Below are positions 19,515-29,970 of a stretch of 64,000 nt of DNA, piece by piece. The stretch comes from Verrucomicrobiota bacterium (GTDB lineage Bacteria > Verrucomicrobiota > Verrucomicrobiia > Limisphaerales > SXQI01). The notes below the pieces were generated by a model. The model had not been told where the DNA came from. It ran no database searches and was given only the letters and a program-made list of their open reading frames with translations. The stretch is taken from positions 52,320 through 116,319 of the forward strand of contig JANRLX010000093.1 of NCBI GenBank assembly GCA_033762115.1, given 5' to 3'. The stretch's first letter is position 1. The number at the start of each line of letters is the position of its first letter. The position numbers were made by a program, and so were the translations under genes.

Positions 19515-19583
19515 TTAGCTGCGAGACGCTCCACCCATATTGTGGCTTAATAGTAAAATGTTTTCTTTCCGCACCGCTTTGGC

Positions 19584-21218
19584 CTACTCCATTCCTTTTT
19601 TGAACTCAGCGACTTGATCTGGTGAATACTGTTCTGCCAGTGGGAGTGCTCGAGAATAGATCGTTTTCAGGTCGGGATAATCAGAAAACTGTTTTATAAA
19701 TGCTCGGTAAATTTCTAGCGCTTCACGTCCCCGCCCCGCTGCCGGGAGGAGTAGGCCCGCTTTGATCATGAGCCTGATTGATTGCTGGGGAGTCGGTTTC
19801 AATTGCAATGCCTGAAGATAAAAATCAATGCACTCGGCAATCTTTCCCTGGTCATTTAAAATGTCGCCTGCCTTTTCATGGAGCACAGCACTGTTGGTGA
19901 ACCCCTTGGCTGTGAGCACAAAATTGAGCACCTGGTCCATCGGTGCCTTTTGCACCATATTAAAATTAGCGATCCGCAGTTCAGACCATTCAAGCAGGGG
20001 ACTGTTCATTTCCGTCAGGATTCGGTCACGTTCCTGCCATTTGACCGCAAATGGCCGATAGAGGGGATCCCCAATGACTGTGGTTTGCCATGAGAGAAAG
20101 GTTTGGCAGGCATAAGCCGCTTCGCCAAAACTCATTCCCAGGAAAAACCATCTGCCCAAAAATGCGCCGACATCCGGGGTGCCGGTCAAATAAGGTTCTT
20201 CGACAGAGCCCATCGTAATGGTGGCGCCTTTCGCAATAAGAGGTCCCACCCAATGCCGGGTTGCGGTTCTGACAGATTGCGCGCTGAAGGAATGCAGGTG
20301 GTAGGCAAATGCGCCGGGCATAAATTCAACGTTGGGGCGGGTGAATGGCCCGGAAACATCTCCATCATACCATCCGGCATAGATTGCAATCTGACTCATC
20401 GGAAAAGCGGCTGTAAAAGTCTCCGGCTTTGAATCGAGCACCGTCTCCATTCCCAGGTAACGCGCACGGTCTGCGCCAATGCGGATCCAGTCGTCGCCCA
20501 ATTTATAGTTTCCGTTTGTAAATCCCCGTGCATCAAAATAGGCCCTGCCCCACAAGCCCGTTTGTTCAGCAGCGAGCGCTTTGTCCACCAAGCCGCGTGC
20601 CAATTCGGCCGATGGCCCATCCAATCGTGCCACAAGCAGCACGCCGTTTGTTGGATGGAGCTGGTTCAGGTTCGTTGTTCCATAAACATGATTTCCGAGC
20701 GGGCCGGTGATGGGGATGTCCAATCCATTCAAGGGTAACGCGGCAAGTTCATTGTCCACTGCGGCTTCATTTCGGCGCAGCTCCGGGCGCAATTTGTCCA
20801 AACCATCTTCCTTTATTGATCCCTCGGGGCTGATTTTTACAGGGACGCCATAGCAAAGAACGGCATAACGCACCGAAGCGCTTGCCACAACCGAAACCTT
20901 GACCTTTTTCCCAGCCGAGTTGGTCCTGGTATCTGGTTTGAATGTCCAGAGGTTTTGCTCCTTTAGTTTCTTGAGCAATGGTTCGGCAATTCCCTTTTCA
21001 TATTCTCTTCGGGAAATAATCTCGCCTGTGGGGAGTGAGAATCCATAAACCTGATTTGCCGGGACCTTTCTTTTTTCTGCATAATACTCAGCGATCTGTC
21101 GGGATTCAGGCATCTCTGAGTTATAAAGCACCACCACGGATTTTCCTTCGTTGACCGCTTCAGCAGCGATCAAACTGGCTTCTGCCAGGCAAAAGCAGAG
21201 CAGAAGTAGCATTCGCAT
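19584..21218 (-). CDS. TIGR03790-family exported protein with C-terminal TPR-like helices
   Basis: Signal peptide; VVVLYN...SRQIAEYYAEKRKVP, AAVDNEL, LVARLDGP, YAGWY, PGAFAYHLHSFSA, GSVEEPYL, LSWQTTVIGDPLYRPF. Confidence 0.85.
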   Translation of the reverse strand: MRMLLLLCFCLAEASLIAAEAVNEGKSVVVLYNSEMPESRQIAEYYAEKRKVPANQVYGFSLPTGEIISRREYEKGIAEPLLKKLKEQNLWTFKPDTRTNSAGKKVKVSVVASASVRYAVLCYGVPVKISPEGSIKEDGLDKLRPELRRNEAAVDNELAALPLNGLDIPITGPLGNHVYGTTNLNQLHPTNGVLLVARLDGPSAELARGLVDKALAAEQTGLWGRAYFDARGFTNGNYKLGDDWIRIGADRARYLGMETVLDSKPETFTAAFPMSQIAIYAGWYDGDVSGPFTRPNVEFMPGAFAYHLHSFSAQSVRTATRHWVGPLIAKGATITMGSVEEPYLTGTPDVGAFLGRWFFLGMSFGEAAYACQTFLSWQTTVIGDPLYRPFAVKWQERDRILTEMNSPLLEWSELRIANFNMVQKAPMDQVLNFVLTAKGFTNSAVLHEKAGDILNDQGKIAECIDFYLQALQLKPTPQQSIRLMIKAGLLLPAAGRGREALEIYRAFIKQFSDYPDLKTIYSRALPLAEQYSPDQVAEFKKGME

Positions 21219-21243
21219 GGAAACAATTGAGTGACTCATAACG

Positions 21244-22026
21244 CTACGGAATATGAACGTGAAGCTGGTCATACGCAAACTCTACGCCGGGGGGCATTTC
21301 AGCCTGGTCAATATCATGGTCGTACTCATGGGTGAGATGGGTGAGGTAAGTTTTGCCTGCACCAATCCGCCGTGCCATGGTCAATGCTTCATCCAGACAC
21401 ATATGGGTCCAGTGCGGCTCCCGGCGTAACGCATCAAGCACCACCACATCCACTCCCCGGACTTTTTCGACTGATGGGTCCGGCACCGTTTTGCAATCAC
21501 TCATGTAAGCCAGCTTTTTCTTCCCGCCCTGCTCGAACAAATAGCCGAATGTCGTCACCGATCCGTGCGGCAATGGCAGAGGAGTGATCGTCAGGTCGCC
21601 CAGTTGAAAAGGTCCATCGACAATATGTGGATCGGGATGGAAATAACCCTTGGGAATGGGGCCACCGGAAAATGCGTAAACAAACACCCGTTTCAGGTCT
21701 TTCATTGTGTCCGCCCCAGCATAGATGGGAAGGGGCCCTCCGCGCACGTCACAGAAACGCCGGCAATCATCCAAACCCATAATATGGTCTGCATGGGAAT
21801 GAGTAAAGATGACCGCATCAAGCCATTTGATCCGTTCGCGAATAATCTGGAGGCGGAACTCAGGCGGGGTATCCACCGCAATGCGGACAGTTGGCGTAGC
21901 CACGTAAATGGCGGCCCGATACCGATGATTACGGGGGTTGGCCAGAAATGTTTCCGGATAATCCTGTCCGATAACAGGCACTCCCTGGCTTGTTCCTGTT
22001 CCCAAAAAGGTGAAATCAATCGGCAT
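21244..22026 (-). CDS. MBL-fold metallo-hydrolase, PhnP/YycJ-like phosphodiesterase
   Basis: [24 protein letters not shown] (HxHxDH), AYMSD, THLTH, AYD. Confidence 0.9.
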   Translation of the reverse strand: MPIDFTFLGTGTSQGVPVIGQDYPETFLANPRNHRYRAAIYVATPTVRIAVDTPPEFRLQIIRERIKWLDAVIFTHSHADHIMGLDDCRRFCDVRGGPLPIYAGADTMKDLKRVFVYAFSGGPIPKGYFHPDPHIVDGPFQLGDLTITPLPLPHGSVTTFGYLFEQGGKKKLAYMSDCKTVPDPSVEKVRGVDVVVLDALRREPHWTHMCLDEALTMARRIGAGKTYLTHLTHEYDHDIDQAEMPPGVEFAYDQLHVHIP

Positions 22027-22046
22027 TCGTCTGCTCCACTGGCCCA

Positions 22047-22076
22047 AATGTGCTGTAATCAGGAACCCTCAGACAA
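22047..22076 (-). promoter_or_regulatory. Candidate promoter of the MBL-hydrolase gene run
   Basis: TTGTCT-18 nt-CACATT. Confidence 0.4.
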
Positions 22077-22129
22077 GTTACTTTTCCTTTGCGCAAGGGA
22101 CGGGTCTGTTCAAAGCTTGAATGCGACGA

Positions 22130-23842
22130 ATGCTCACGACGCTGCGAATTAAAAATCTCGCGCTGGTTACCGATCTAACGGTTGAATTTCGATCCGGTTA
22201 CAATGTGCTCACCGGTGAAACTGGCGCAGGGAAGTCAGTCATTCTGGGTGCGCTGAATCTTGTCCTCGGTGAACGCGCAGACCGGACATTGATCCGGAGC
22301 GGCAGTGATTCCTGTACGGTTGAGGCTCTTTTCTCTGTTTCGAGCCTTGCCCCTGCGTTGAATCGTTTGCTGGAGGAAAGTGGACTCGATCAGCTCGTGG
22401 ACGGGGAGTTGATCATTCGGCGGACCTTTTCCGTGGCGGGGACAAACAAGCAGTTTATCAATGGATCACCCGCTTCTCTTTCATTGCTGAATCGTATTGG
22501 TGAACATCTTGTGGATATTCACGGACCGCATGATCATCAATCGTTGTTCCATCCTGCGCGGCAATTGCAAATCCTTGATGCGTTCGGCTCGCTGGAGGCT
22601 CTGGGAAGCAATGTCTCCGAGGTTTACACACGCCTGCGAAATTTAAGTGAAGAGAAAGCTTCCCTGATCGGGGATGATCGTTCTCATGCCCAGCAGATGG
22701 ACCTTCTGCGGTTTCAAGTGAATGAAATCACCGCCGCAAAACTGGCTCCTGAAGAGGAGGAATCCCTGGAAACAGAATACAAACGCGCCAGCAATGCGGC
22801 TCGTTTGCTGCAATTGGGGCAGGCTGCCCAAGCTGTGCTGACTGAAGAAGAACCGAGCCTCGCCGGGTTGGCTGGGACAGTAGGAAAAACGATCCAGGAA
22901 ATGCAGCGTCTGGATCCGTCAGCCACTGCGTTACTTGAAGCACAACAGAATCTTTCGAATTCCATGCAGGAGCTTGAAAGTACAATCTCTCATTATCTGG
23001 ATAAGATTGAAGTGGATCCCGGACGGTTGGCGGAATTGGAGGAACGACTTTCACTGATCCAGGGATTACGGCGCAAATATGGTTCGACCGTGAGCGAGGT
23101 TATTTCTTTTGGTGAGCAGGCTGGGCAGAAACTCGTGCAACTGGAATCACGCGGGGAACGTATCCAGGAGTTGGACGTGTTGCTGGAGAAAACGGAAAAG
23201 CAGCTAAAAGTTGCCGCAGCAGAATTAACTGCCGCCCGCCGCAAATTGATTCCTAAGCTATCGAAAGCTGTCATCAGTGAATTGCAGGCACTCGGCTTCA
23301 AGCGAAGCCATTTCGATGTTTCGCTAACCGAAACCTCCGTGAGCGCCACAGGAGCCGATGCCGTTGAATTTCAGTTTGCACCAAATCCTGGTGAGCCACC
23401 CCGCCCATTACGTGCCATCGCCAGCTCAGGCGAACTTGCCCGTGTCATGCTTGCTGTGAAGACCGTTCTTGCGCAGGAGGACGAAATCCCCACATTGATA
23501 TTTGATGAAGTGGATGCCAATGTGGGTGGGGACACAGCCACTGCTGTCGGTCGCAAAATGTCGCAAATTGCCCGCGAACGCCAGGTGCTGTGCATCACTC
23601 ACCTGGCTCCTGTCGCTGCCGCCGCAAACGCGCATTTTGTTGTGACGAAGGAAAGCGAAGGAAACCGCACCATCTCCAAAATCAGGGAATTGGATGGATT
23701 GGAACGAGTTTCTGAAATTGCGCGCATGCTTGGAGGAGCAGGCGTTGCTGCGCGGCAGCACGCGGAAGCTCTCTTGCAAGACCCTGAAATGAATCAACAT
23801 ACCTCCGGCGACGTCCTGCGTTATCATGGGAAAACGAACTGA
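22130..23842 (+). CDS. recN: DNA repair protein RecN
   Basis: [19 protein letters not shown], long coiled coil, [27 protein letters not shown]. Confidence 0.96.
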   Translation: MLTTLRIKNLALVTDLTVEFRSGYNVLTGETGAGKSVILGALNLVLGERADRTLIRSGSDSCTVEALFSVSSLAPALNRLLEESGLDQLVDGELIIRRTFSVAGTNKQFINGSPASLSLLNRIGEHLVDIHGPHDHQSLFHPARQLQILDAFGSLEALGSNVSEVYTRLRNLSEEKASLIGDDRSHAQQMDLLRFQVNEITAAKLAPEEEESLETEYKRASNAARLLQLGQAAQAVLTEEEPSLAGLAGTVGKTIQEMQRLDPSATALLEAQQNLSNSMQELESTISHYLDKIEVDPGRLAELEERLSLIQGLRRKYGSTVSEVISFGEQAGQKLVQLESRGERIQELDVLLEKTEKQLKVAAAELTAARRKLIPKLSKAVISELQALGFKRSHFDVSLTETSVSATGADAVEFQFAPNPGEPPRPLRAIASSGELARVMLAVKTVLAQEDEIPTLIFDEVDANVGGDTATAVGRKMSQIARERQVLCITHLAPVAAAANAHFVVTKESEGNRTISKIRELDGLERVSEIARMLGGAGVAARQHAEALLQDPEMNQHTSGDVLRYHGKTN

Positions 23843-24404
23843 TCAGCTAACGGAAACAGTAAAGAAGCAACTGGAACTTCTCGGGGAGGATCCTTCCCGG
23901 GACGGTCTGCGGGATACGCCAAAAAGGGTGGCCAAGTCGCTGGAATTCCTCACCAGTGGTTACTCGCTTGATCCCAAAAAGGTGTTGAACAATGCCTTGT
24001 TCGACGTGAAATCCGACGAAATGGTGATCGTGAAAGACATCGATTTTCACAGCCTTTGCGAGCACCACATGCTTCCATTTTTTGGCAAATGTCATATTGC
24101 CTACCTTCCGGGGAAAAAGGTGATTGGGCTCTCAAAATTACCTCGATTGGTCGATGTCTTCGCCCGGCGCCTCCAGGTGCAGGAAAGAATGACCAATCAA
24201 ATTGCAAGGACCATCCAGGAATTAATCAATCCCCTGGGGGTGGGTGTGGTGATCGAGTCGCAACATCTGTGCATGTTGATGCGTGGCGTGGAAAAGCAGA
24301 ATTCTTATGCCATCACCTCATCAATGATTGGCTGCTTTCGAGATGATGCGAGAACCCGCAGCGAATTTCTTGATCTTATTCATCACCGGCGACATAGCCT
24401 TTGA
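23826..24404 (+). CDS. folE: GTP cyclohydrolase I
   Basis: [41 protein letters not shown]. Confidence 0.97.
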   Translation: MGKRTDQLTETVKKQLELLGEDPSRDGLRDTPKRVAKSLEFLTSGYSLDPKKVLNNALFDVKSDEMVIVKDIDFHSLCEHHMLPFFGKCHIAYLPGKKVIGLSKLPRLVDVFARRLQVQERMTNQIARTIQELINPLGVGVVIESQHLCMLMRGVEKQNSYAITSSMIGCFRDDARTRSEFLDLIHHRRHSL

Positions 24405-24473
24405 TGGAAGAGCCGGTGAGTAAATATGCGTGCTTTGCATCGACATATTTAGTAGAACCCTGATCTGTTTTAT

Positions 24474-25304
24474 ATGAGCAATATTGCAGCAACCGTGACG
24501 GACATCCTTATCAAGTACGGGTTTCAGATACTTGGCGCCATCATTGTGATGCTGGTGGGATATTTTCTTTCAACAAAACTGGGAGCCCTTTCCTTGTCAT
24601 GGCTTCAGAAAAAGGAAATGGAACCACCTGTGCGAATGCTGATCGTTCGCGTGGTCCGGTTACTGGTTCTGTTGCTGACGATCGTCATCGCCCTTGATAC
24701 AGTGGGAGTTCCTGTCGGCCCATTGATCGCAGGCATTGGCGTGGCGGGTGTCGGTGTCGGTTTTGCTTTGCAAGGGGTTCTTTCGAATTTTTTCGCTGGA
24801 TTATTCATTATTTTCACAAAGCCTTTTCGCGTGGGGGAGTTCATTGATTTGCTGGGTGAGATGGGGCAGGTCAGTGCCATCGACCTGTTTTCAACAAAGC
24901 TTGCCCAGGCGGATAAATCAGTGGTCGTCATTCCCAATCGTAAGATCATCGGTGAAATCCTCCATAATTACGGCATGACCCGGCAGGTCGCGATCGAACT
25001 GGGCGTGGCATATAACACCGATATCAATCATGCAATCGAAGTGATCACCAGCACAGTGAAAGCAAATGCGAAAGTGTTGAAGGAGCATGATCCGGCAGTT
25101 TTCATCAGCACCCTTGCAGATTCATCCATGGTAATTTCCGTGCGGGCGTGGTGCGCGCTGTCCAATTTTCCCGCGACGCGTGCTGAATTGATGCGCGAAA
25201 TTGTCACAGCCTTGAAACAGCACAATATTCAAATTCCATTCCCGCAAAGGGAGATCAGGATTTTGAACGCCCCTGAAGCTCCCGGACTTTCCCGGGTGGC
25301 TTAA
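24474..25304 (+). CDS. mscS: Small-conductance mechanosensitive channel
   Basis: 3 TMs, GVAGVGVGFALQGVLSN, KPFRVG, IPN, IPFPQR. Confidence 0.92.
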   Translation: MSNIAATVTDILIKYGFQILGAIIVMLVGYFLSTKLGALSLSWLQKKEMEPPVRMLIVRVVRLLVLLLTIVIALDTVGVPVGPLIAGIGVAGVGVGFALQGVLSNFFAGLFIIFTKPFRVGEFIDLLGEMGQVSAIDLFSTKLAQADKSVVVIPNRKIIGEILHNYGMTRQVAIELGVAYNTDINHAIEVITSTVKANAKVLKEHDPAVFISTLADSSMVISVRAWCALSNFPATRAELMREIVTALKQHNIQIPFPQREIRILNAPEAPGLSRVA

Positions 25305-25311
25305 CTGCCGG

Positions 25312-26541
25312 ATGAGGACCCTGCATGGCTACTTGTTGCGGCAGGTCCTCCTGGCATTGCTGATGACCGTGGCGGTGTTCACGGTTCTGTTGCTGCTTGG
25401 GAGTGTCCTCAAGGAAATTCTCGCCCTCGTTGTCACAGGCCAGGTCAGTTTTATAGTCGTCGTCAAGGCCATTGGGCTGCTCATTCCTTATGTCATGACA
25501 TTCGTCCTGCCATTTGGGATGTTGACCGCCTCCCTTCTCGTTTTCGGCAGGTTTAGTGCAGACAACGAACTCACGGCGGTTCGGGCGAGCGGTGTGAGTC
25601 TCATCTCATTAGTCACTCCAGTACTGCTTCTCGGCCTTGCTCTTTGCGCGTTGACCGCCTTGATCAATCTCAAGGTCGCGCCGGCATTTCGAACTGCCTA
25701 CAAAAACCTTGTGTTCAATGCCGGCATGCTGAACCCCACCAGCCTGATCACCGAAGAGCGATTCATCGATGAAATTCCGGGGTTCGTCCTGTATCTCCGT
25801 AAACGAAACGGTGATATCATTGAGGATGTCCGAATGTACTTGTTGCAGGAAGGCACCATTTCGCAACGGATCAGTGCTGAATCTGGCCGCATCCTTTGGG
25901 ATGAAACCAATAAAACGATTGCGTTCGAGTTGAACGAAACGATCGTTGAAGCCTTGCGTGCGAGGGAGGAATATATAACAAATGAAATCTCTCTCCCCAG
26001 CACGGAAGTCATCACTAATTTGATTCAGGCAACGGATGGCACCAATTTCATTTCGCTCACGACAAACAGCGTGGAATATGTGGTCACAACCAACCATGTG
26101 ATGGAATGGCATAATCTTTCCTCCGGCGCCATGGTGACGGACCCTGTTGATCTAAAGCCGCTGCTGGGCTCCACTCGCCGCGCCAAATTAACGGAAATGA
26201 CTCACTCACAATTAAAAGAGGAAATCGCACGTCGCCTTGCCCAGGGAATCAATGCCACGCCTGCGGAAGTGGCTTATCACAGGCAAATTGCTTTTTCCTT
26301 TGCCAGTTTTGCATTCACCCTGGTGGGGATTCCCCTCGCCATCCGTGCGCATCGGCGTGAGACGAGTATTGGCGTGGCCATTTCCCTGCTTTTAGTTCTG
26401 CTTTACTACGGTTTTTTTATTCTCGCGGAGGGACTTCAAACCCGCCCCAGCTTCTTTCCTCAATACCTTCTCTGGGTTCCCAACTTTCTCTTTCAGGCTG
26501 TGGGTTCCATCCTTCTGTTCCGCGCCAACCGAGCCGGATAA
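25312..26541 (+). CDS. LptF/LptG-family LPS export permease
   Basis: TLHGYLLRQ, FGRFSADNELTAVRASGVS, periplasmic domain, LVGIPL, LLWVPN. Confidence 0.9.
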   Translation: MRTLHGYLLRQVLLALLMTVAVFTVLLLLGSVLKEILALVVTGQVSFIVVVKAIGLLIPYVMTFVLPFGMLTASLLVFGRFSADNELTAVRASGVSLISLVTPVLLLGLALCALTALINLKVAPAFRTAYKNLVFNAGMLNPTSLITEERFIDEIPGFVLYLRKRNGDIIEDVRMYLLQEGTISQRISAESGRILWDETNKTIAFELNETIVEALRAREEYITNEISLPSTEVITNLIQATDGTNFISLTTNSVEYVVTTNHVMEWHNLSSGAMVTDPVDLKPLLGSTRRAKLTEMTHSQLKEEIARRLAQGINATPAEVAYHRQIAFSFASFAFTLVGIPLAIRAHRRETSIGVAISLLLVLLYYGFFILAEGLQTRPSFFPQYLLWVPNFLFQAVGSILLFRANRAG

Positions 26542-26673
26542 ACCAGTTTAAACAGGCATTTTTATTGCTGAATGGGGAGTGTTGAATCCTGCACTCTCCA
26601 ATTTGAACGGAAATCCGTTTCGATTTTCAAGGGGAATGGGTGTTAAGTCCCGTTCCTGGGCAGCCTGCACCAT

Positions 26674-26700
26674 TTTAGGAAACATTCATTTTGCCGATAA
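26674..26700 (+). promoter_or_regulatory. Candidate sigma28 (FliA-type) promoter
   Basis: Perfect GCCGATAA (26693-26700) 52 nt upstream of the HDOD regulator; -35 (TTTAGG) is weak. Confidence 0.4.
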
Positions 26701-26752
26701 ACCCTCTGTGCAAGGTCAGGCGACTTTGTGTGTGGATTCGATCAGACGGTGT

Positions 26753-27973
26753 ATGGAGAACAACCCTGCAGTACAAAAGAAGCGGATTTTGTTCGTTGAT
26801 GATGATGAACAAAGCACAGCCGCCTTGCAGAATCGTCTCTGGCACATGCGGCATGAATGGGAGATGGAATTCCTCCACAGTGGGCAGGCGGCGCTTTCCC
26901 GATTGGAAGAGGGACATGTTGATGTGATCGTCTCCGATCTTTCCATGCCTCGGATGAACGGGGCGCAGCTTCTGGAAAGAGTGATGCAACGCTATCCCGA
27001 TACCGCCCGCGTCATGCTGACGACTCCTGGTGAGGAGCATTTGCTTTTTAATTCAGTCCAGACAGCCCATTGGTTTCTGCACAAGCCGTGTGAAACCGAC
27101 CTGCTCGTCAAAACAATTCGTCGGGTTTGCCTGCTGCGCTCTCCGGAGCTTCCGTATGAAATTGCCGAATTGATCTGCACGCTTGAACGATTGCCAAGCC
27201 TGCCGCGAATGTATTCAGAATTGATGGATATATTCAATAAACCGAATTTTGACCTGAGTGAGGTTTCAGATGTGATCTCGCGTGATCCTTCAATGACTGC
27301 CCAGATTCTGAAGCTGGCAAACTCAGCCTATTTCGGATTACGTGGAAAAATTTCCAACGTCCAGGATGCCCTGAGCTTTATTGGCTTTGATACCATTCGA
27401 TACCTGGTGCTTTCAGTTGGGGTCTTTTCTCAATTTGATGAAAAGCGATTCGACTCGCGCTTCCTGGAATCTGTTTGGGCCCACAGCCTCACGACAGCCG
27501 CTGCAGCCAAGAGCATCGCTGAACATGAAGGTTTCAATCATGGATTCTCGAATGATTGTTTTGTTGCAGGCCTGCTGCATGACCTTGGAAAAATCATCCT
27601 TGCTGATAATCGGTCCGAATCTTATCGCACAGTCCTGGCCACGGCCCAAAGCGAAAGGATTCCCACATGGAAAGCCGAGCACGCGTTTTACAAGGCGCAT
27701 CATGGGGAAATAGCGGGGTATCTCTTACAGCTATGGGAATTGCCGCAGCAGATATGCAGCGCAATCATCAACCACCACTCGCCTGACAAATTTTCCGGCC
27801 CGGAACCTTCAATTACCACGATCCTGCACGTTGCGGATGCTCTGGCTCACAAGATCAAACGAAACCATAATCAGGATTCCATTGTTGAGATGGACGCTGC
27901 TTTTCTGAGTGCCGTCGGTCTGGAGGAAAATGTGGCAGCGTGGCATACGATTCTCGGCGTCAAACCGGGTTGA
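26753..27973 (+). CDS. Response regulator with HDOD output domain
   Basis: ILFVDDD, IVSDLSMPRMNG, LHKP receiver; LPSLP, DPSMTAQILKLANSAYFG, GLLHDLGK HDOD. Confidence 0.92.
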   Translation: MENNPAVQKKRILFVDDDEQSTAALQNRLWHMRHEWEMEFLHSGQAALSRLEEGHVDVIVSDLSMPRMNGAQLLERVMQRYPDTARVMLTTPGEEHLLFNSVQTAHWFLHKPCETDLLVKTIRRVCLLRSPELPYEIAELICTLERLPSLPRMYSELMDIFNKPNFDLSEVSDVISRDPSMTAQILKLANSAYFGLRGKISNVQDALSFIGFDTIRYLVLSVGVFSQFDEKRFDSRFLESVWAHSLTTAAAAKSIAEHEGFNHGFSNDCFVAGLLHDLGKIILADNRSESYRTVLATAQSERIPTWKAEHAFYKAHHGEIAGYLLQLWELPQQICSAIINHHSPDKFSGPEPSITTILHVADALAHKIKRNHNQDSIVEMDAAFLSAVGLEENVAAWHTILGVKPG

Positions 27974-27975
27974 CC

Positions 27976-28935
27976 TCAAGGTTCAAGAACGATTTTTCCG
28001 AAAGCTCCCGGTTCCATCACGGCCAGATGAGCTTTGCCAGCTTCTTTAAGGGAAAAAACTTTTCCGATCACCGGCTTGATAATCCCCGTATGAATCGCTC
28101 CTTCAATTGCGGCATGAATCGAGCGATGCTCCATCACGTTAAGGTTCCAAAGTGACATCGCCCTAATGTCCGCATCGCGCGTCATCAAGTCTCTGGGATT
28201 GATCTCAACGCTGCCCCGGCTTCCTACCACCACCACTCTTCCCTGCGCCGCGAGCAACGGCAAATCCTTGCCCAGGTTCACATTTGCCAGCATCTCAATA
28301 ATCAGGTTCACTCCAATTCCCGTGGTCAACGATTTTACTTCCTCCAGATAACCCGGCGCACGATGATCCAGGACGTGATGCGCTCCATGCTGTGAGACGA
28401 GTTCCCGGCCTTGAGCGGTCCCTCCGGTCGCAATGACCCGCAGGCCTGCTGACCTGGCAAATTGCACTGTGGCAAGGCCCACCCCACCTGTTGCTCCATG
28501 GATCAGCACGGTCTCGCCGCTTCGGGCATTTCCTCGATGAAACAAAGCGCGGTAGGCTGTTGCGTAGGGCACATTCACAGCGGCAGCTTGCTGAAAACCA
28601 AAAGATTCATGGAGAAGGTGCGCGTTTCGTGCCGATACCACTGCAAATTCCGCGTAAGTTCCCGTGCGGCTTCCGCTGGTGTAAACCGCCATTCCTTCAG
28701 TGAGCTGTGTGACACCAGCGCCCACCTTCCGAATCACGCCTCCGGCATCGGTGCCGGGTGTAAATGGTGGTTTGATGGATGGATTCATCCCCGCGCGAAA
28801 ATAAGTTTCCACGGGATTGACTCCAATGGCTTTAACTTCGATCAGGACTTCTCCCGGTCCAGCCACAGGTTCAGGCATGTCCACATACTTTAAAACTTCC
28901 GGCCCGCCGAACTGATCAACAACAATACCCTTCAT
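27976..28935 (-). CDS. qor: NADPH:quinone reductase (zeta-crystallin/MDR family)
   Basis: GGPEVL, IGVNP, PFTPG, HGATGGVG, GKIVL. Confidence 0.88.
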   Translation of the reverse strand: MKGIVVDQFGGPEVLKYVDMPEPVAGPGEVLIEVKAIGVNPVETYFRAGMNPSIKPPFTPGTDAGGVIRKVGAGVTQLTEGMAVYTSGSRTGTYAEFAVVSARNAHLLHESFGFQQAAAVNVPYATAYRALFHRGNARSGETVLIHGATGGVGLATVQFARSAGLRVIATGGTAQGRELVSQHGAHHVLDHRAPGYLEEVKSLTTGIGVNLIIEMLANVNLGKDLPLLAAQGRVVVVGSRGSVEINPRDLMTRDADIRAMSLWNLNVMEHRSIHAAIEGAIHTGIIKPVIGKVFSLKEAGKAHLAVMEPGAFGKIVLEP

Positions 28936-28941
28936 GTCATT

Positions 28942-29823
28942 TTAGCGTGCCCGCTTTCCTGCATCATACCCTCGGACAAACCCCACACATTGCGCCACAT
29001 CAGGCACTGAATGTTCCAGATTGTACTCGTACTCAATTGCAATGTGCCCTTTAAAATTCTGGCGTTTGAGTTCTTCCAGAATGCCGGGAATATCCGAAGT
29101 GCCTGTCCCATACGGCGCGTCATGCCCACCGGGGCCAAACTCGTGAAGATCCTTCAAATGAGAGCTCAGTACGCGTCCTTCGAGTATCTTCAACGCATCC
29201 ACAGGTTTGATCCCGGAACGCGCAAAATGACCGGTGTCCGCGCAGGCTCCGAGGCGGCGGTCCCGGTCCTTCACCAGGGACAAAATATATTCCGGGTCCC
29301 AATACCTGTAACCCGGATCATTGGGACGCCTGGGATGATTGTGAATGCTCATGGTCAGGTCGAACTCCTTGCAAAGTTTTTCGATGAGGTCGAGCGCCTC
29401 GGGCTTTGCTTCAGAGGTCACACCGCGCATCCCCAGTTTTTTGGCGAAGGTAAACACCGCCCGGCACTCCGCCTCGTCGTTGGGTAATCCAACCACACCG
29501 TAATTCACTGCGATCAGGTCATGCTTGCGGAGTTTCATGCGAAGCTTTTCCACCACTTCTTCCCCGGAGGAGTGATGCACCTTCAGGTTTGGTTCCTCGC
29601 GGCTAAGTATTTGGCCTGGGTAAAATTCAATCACGCGTGCCCCCGCCGCGGCTGTCTTCTCAATTGCTTCAAAGGCGCTGAAACGATGAAAGGTATAAGC
29701 CTGACAGCCCAGGGCGAATCCCGCGATTTTATGGCTGTCGGGGATTTCAACCTCCGCATGCAGTTGAGTGGAGATCAATAAACTGAAGAGCGCGGCTATA
29801 GCTCGGATTTTAAGGTGAATCAT
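28942..29823 (-). CDS. Exported sugar phosphate isomerase/epimerase-family TIM-barrel protein (AP_endonuc_2)
   Basis: Signal peptide ending LHA-E; CQAYTF, IHNH, CADTGH, HLKD, IEYE. Confidence 0.85.
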   Translation of the reverse strand: MIHLKIRAIAALFSLLISTQLHAEVEIPDSHKIAGFALGCQAYTFHRFSAFEAIEKTAAAGARVIEFYPGQILSREEPNLKVHHSSGEEVVEKLRMKLRKHDLIAVNYGVVGLPNDEAECRAVFTFAKKLGMRGVTSEAKPEALDLIEKLCKEFDLTMSIHNHPRRPNDPGYRYWDPEYILSLVKDRDRRLGACADTGHFARSGIKPVDALKILEGRVLSSHLKDLHEFGPGGHDAPYGTGTSDIPGILEELKRQNFKGHIAIEYEYNLEHSVPDVAQCVGFVRGYDAGKRAR

Positions 29824-29970
29824 AACTTTTCCCTGATTACCTTCAGGCAAATCGATTCAAACCATGTTGTCAATGAAAACGGCAACAACTGGACGAAAAT
29901 GCTGTTACTCGCACTGTTCATTAAAAATTCGCGTGCCTCCCGCATGAGGCCCTGTATTCTGGTGTTTCTC

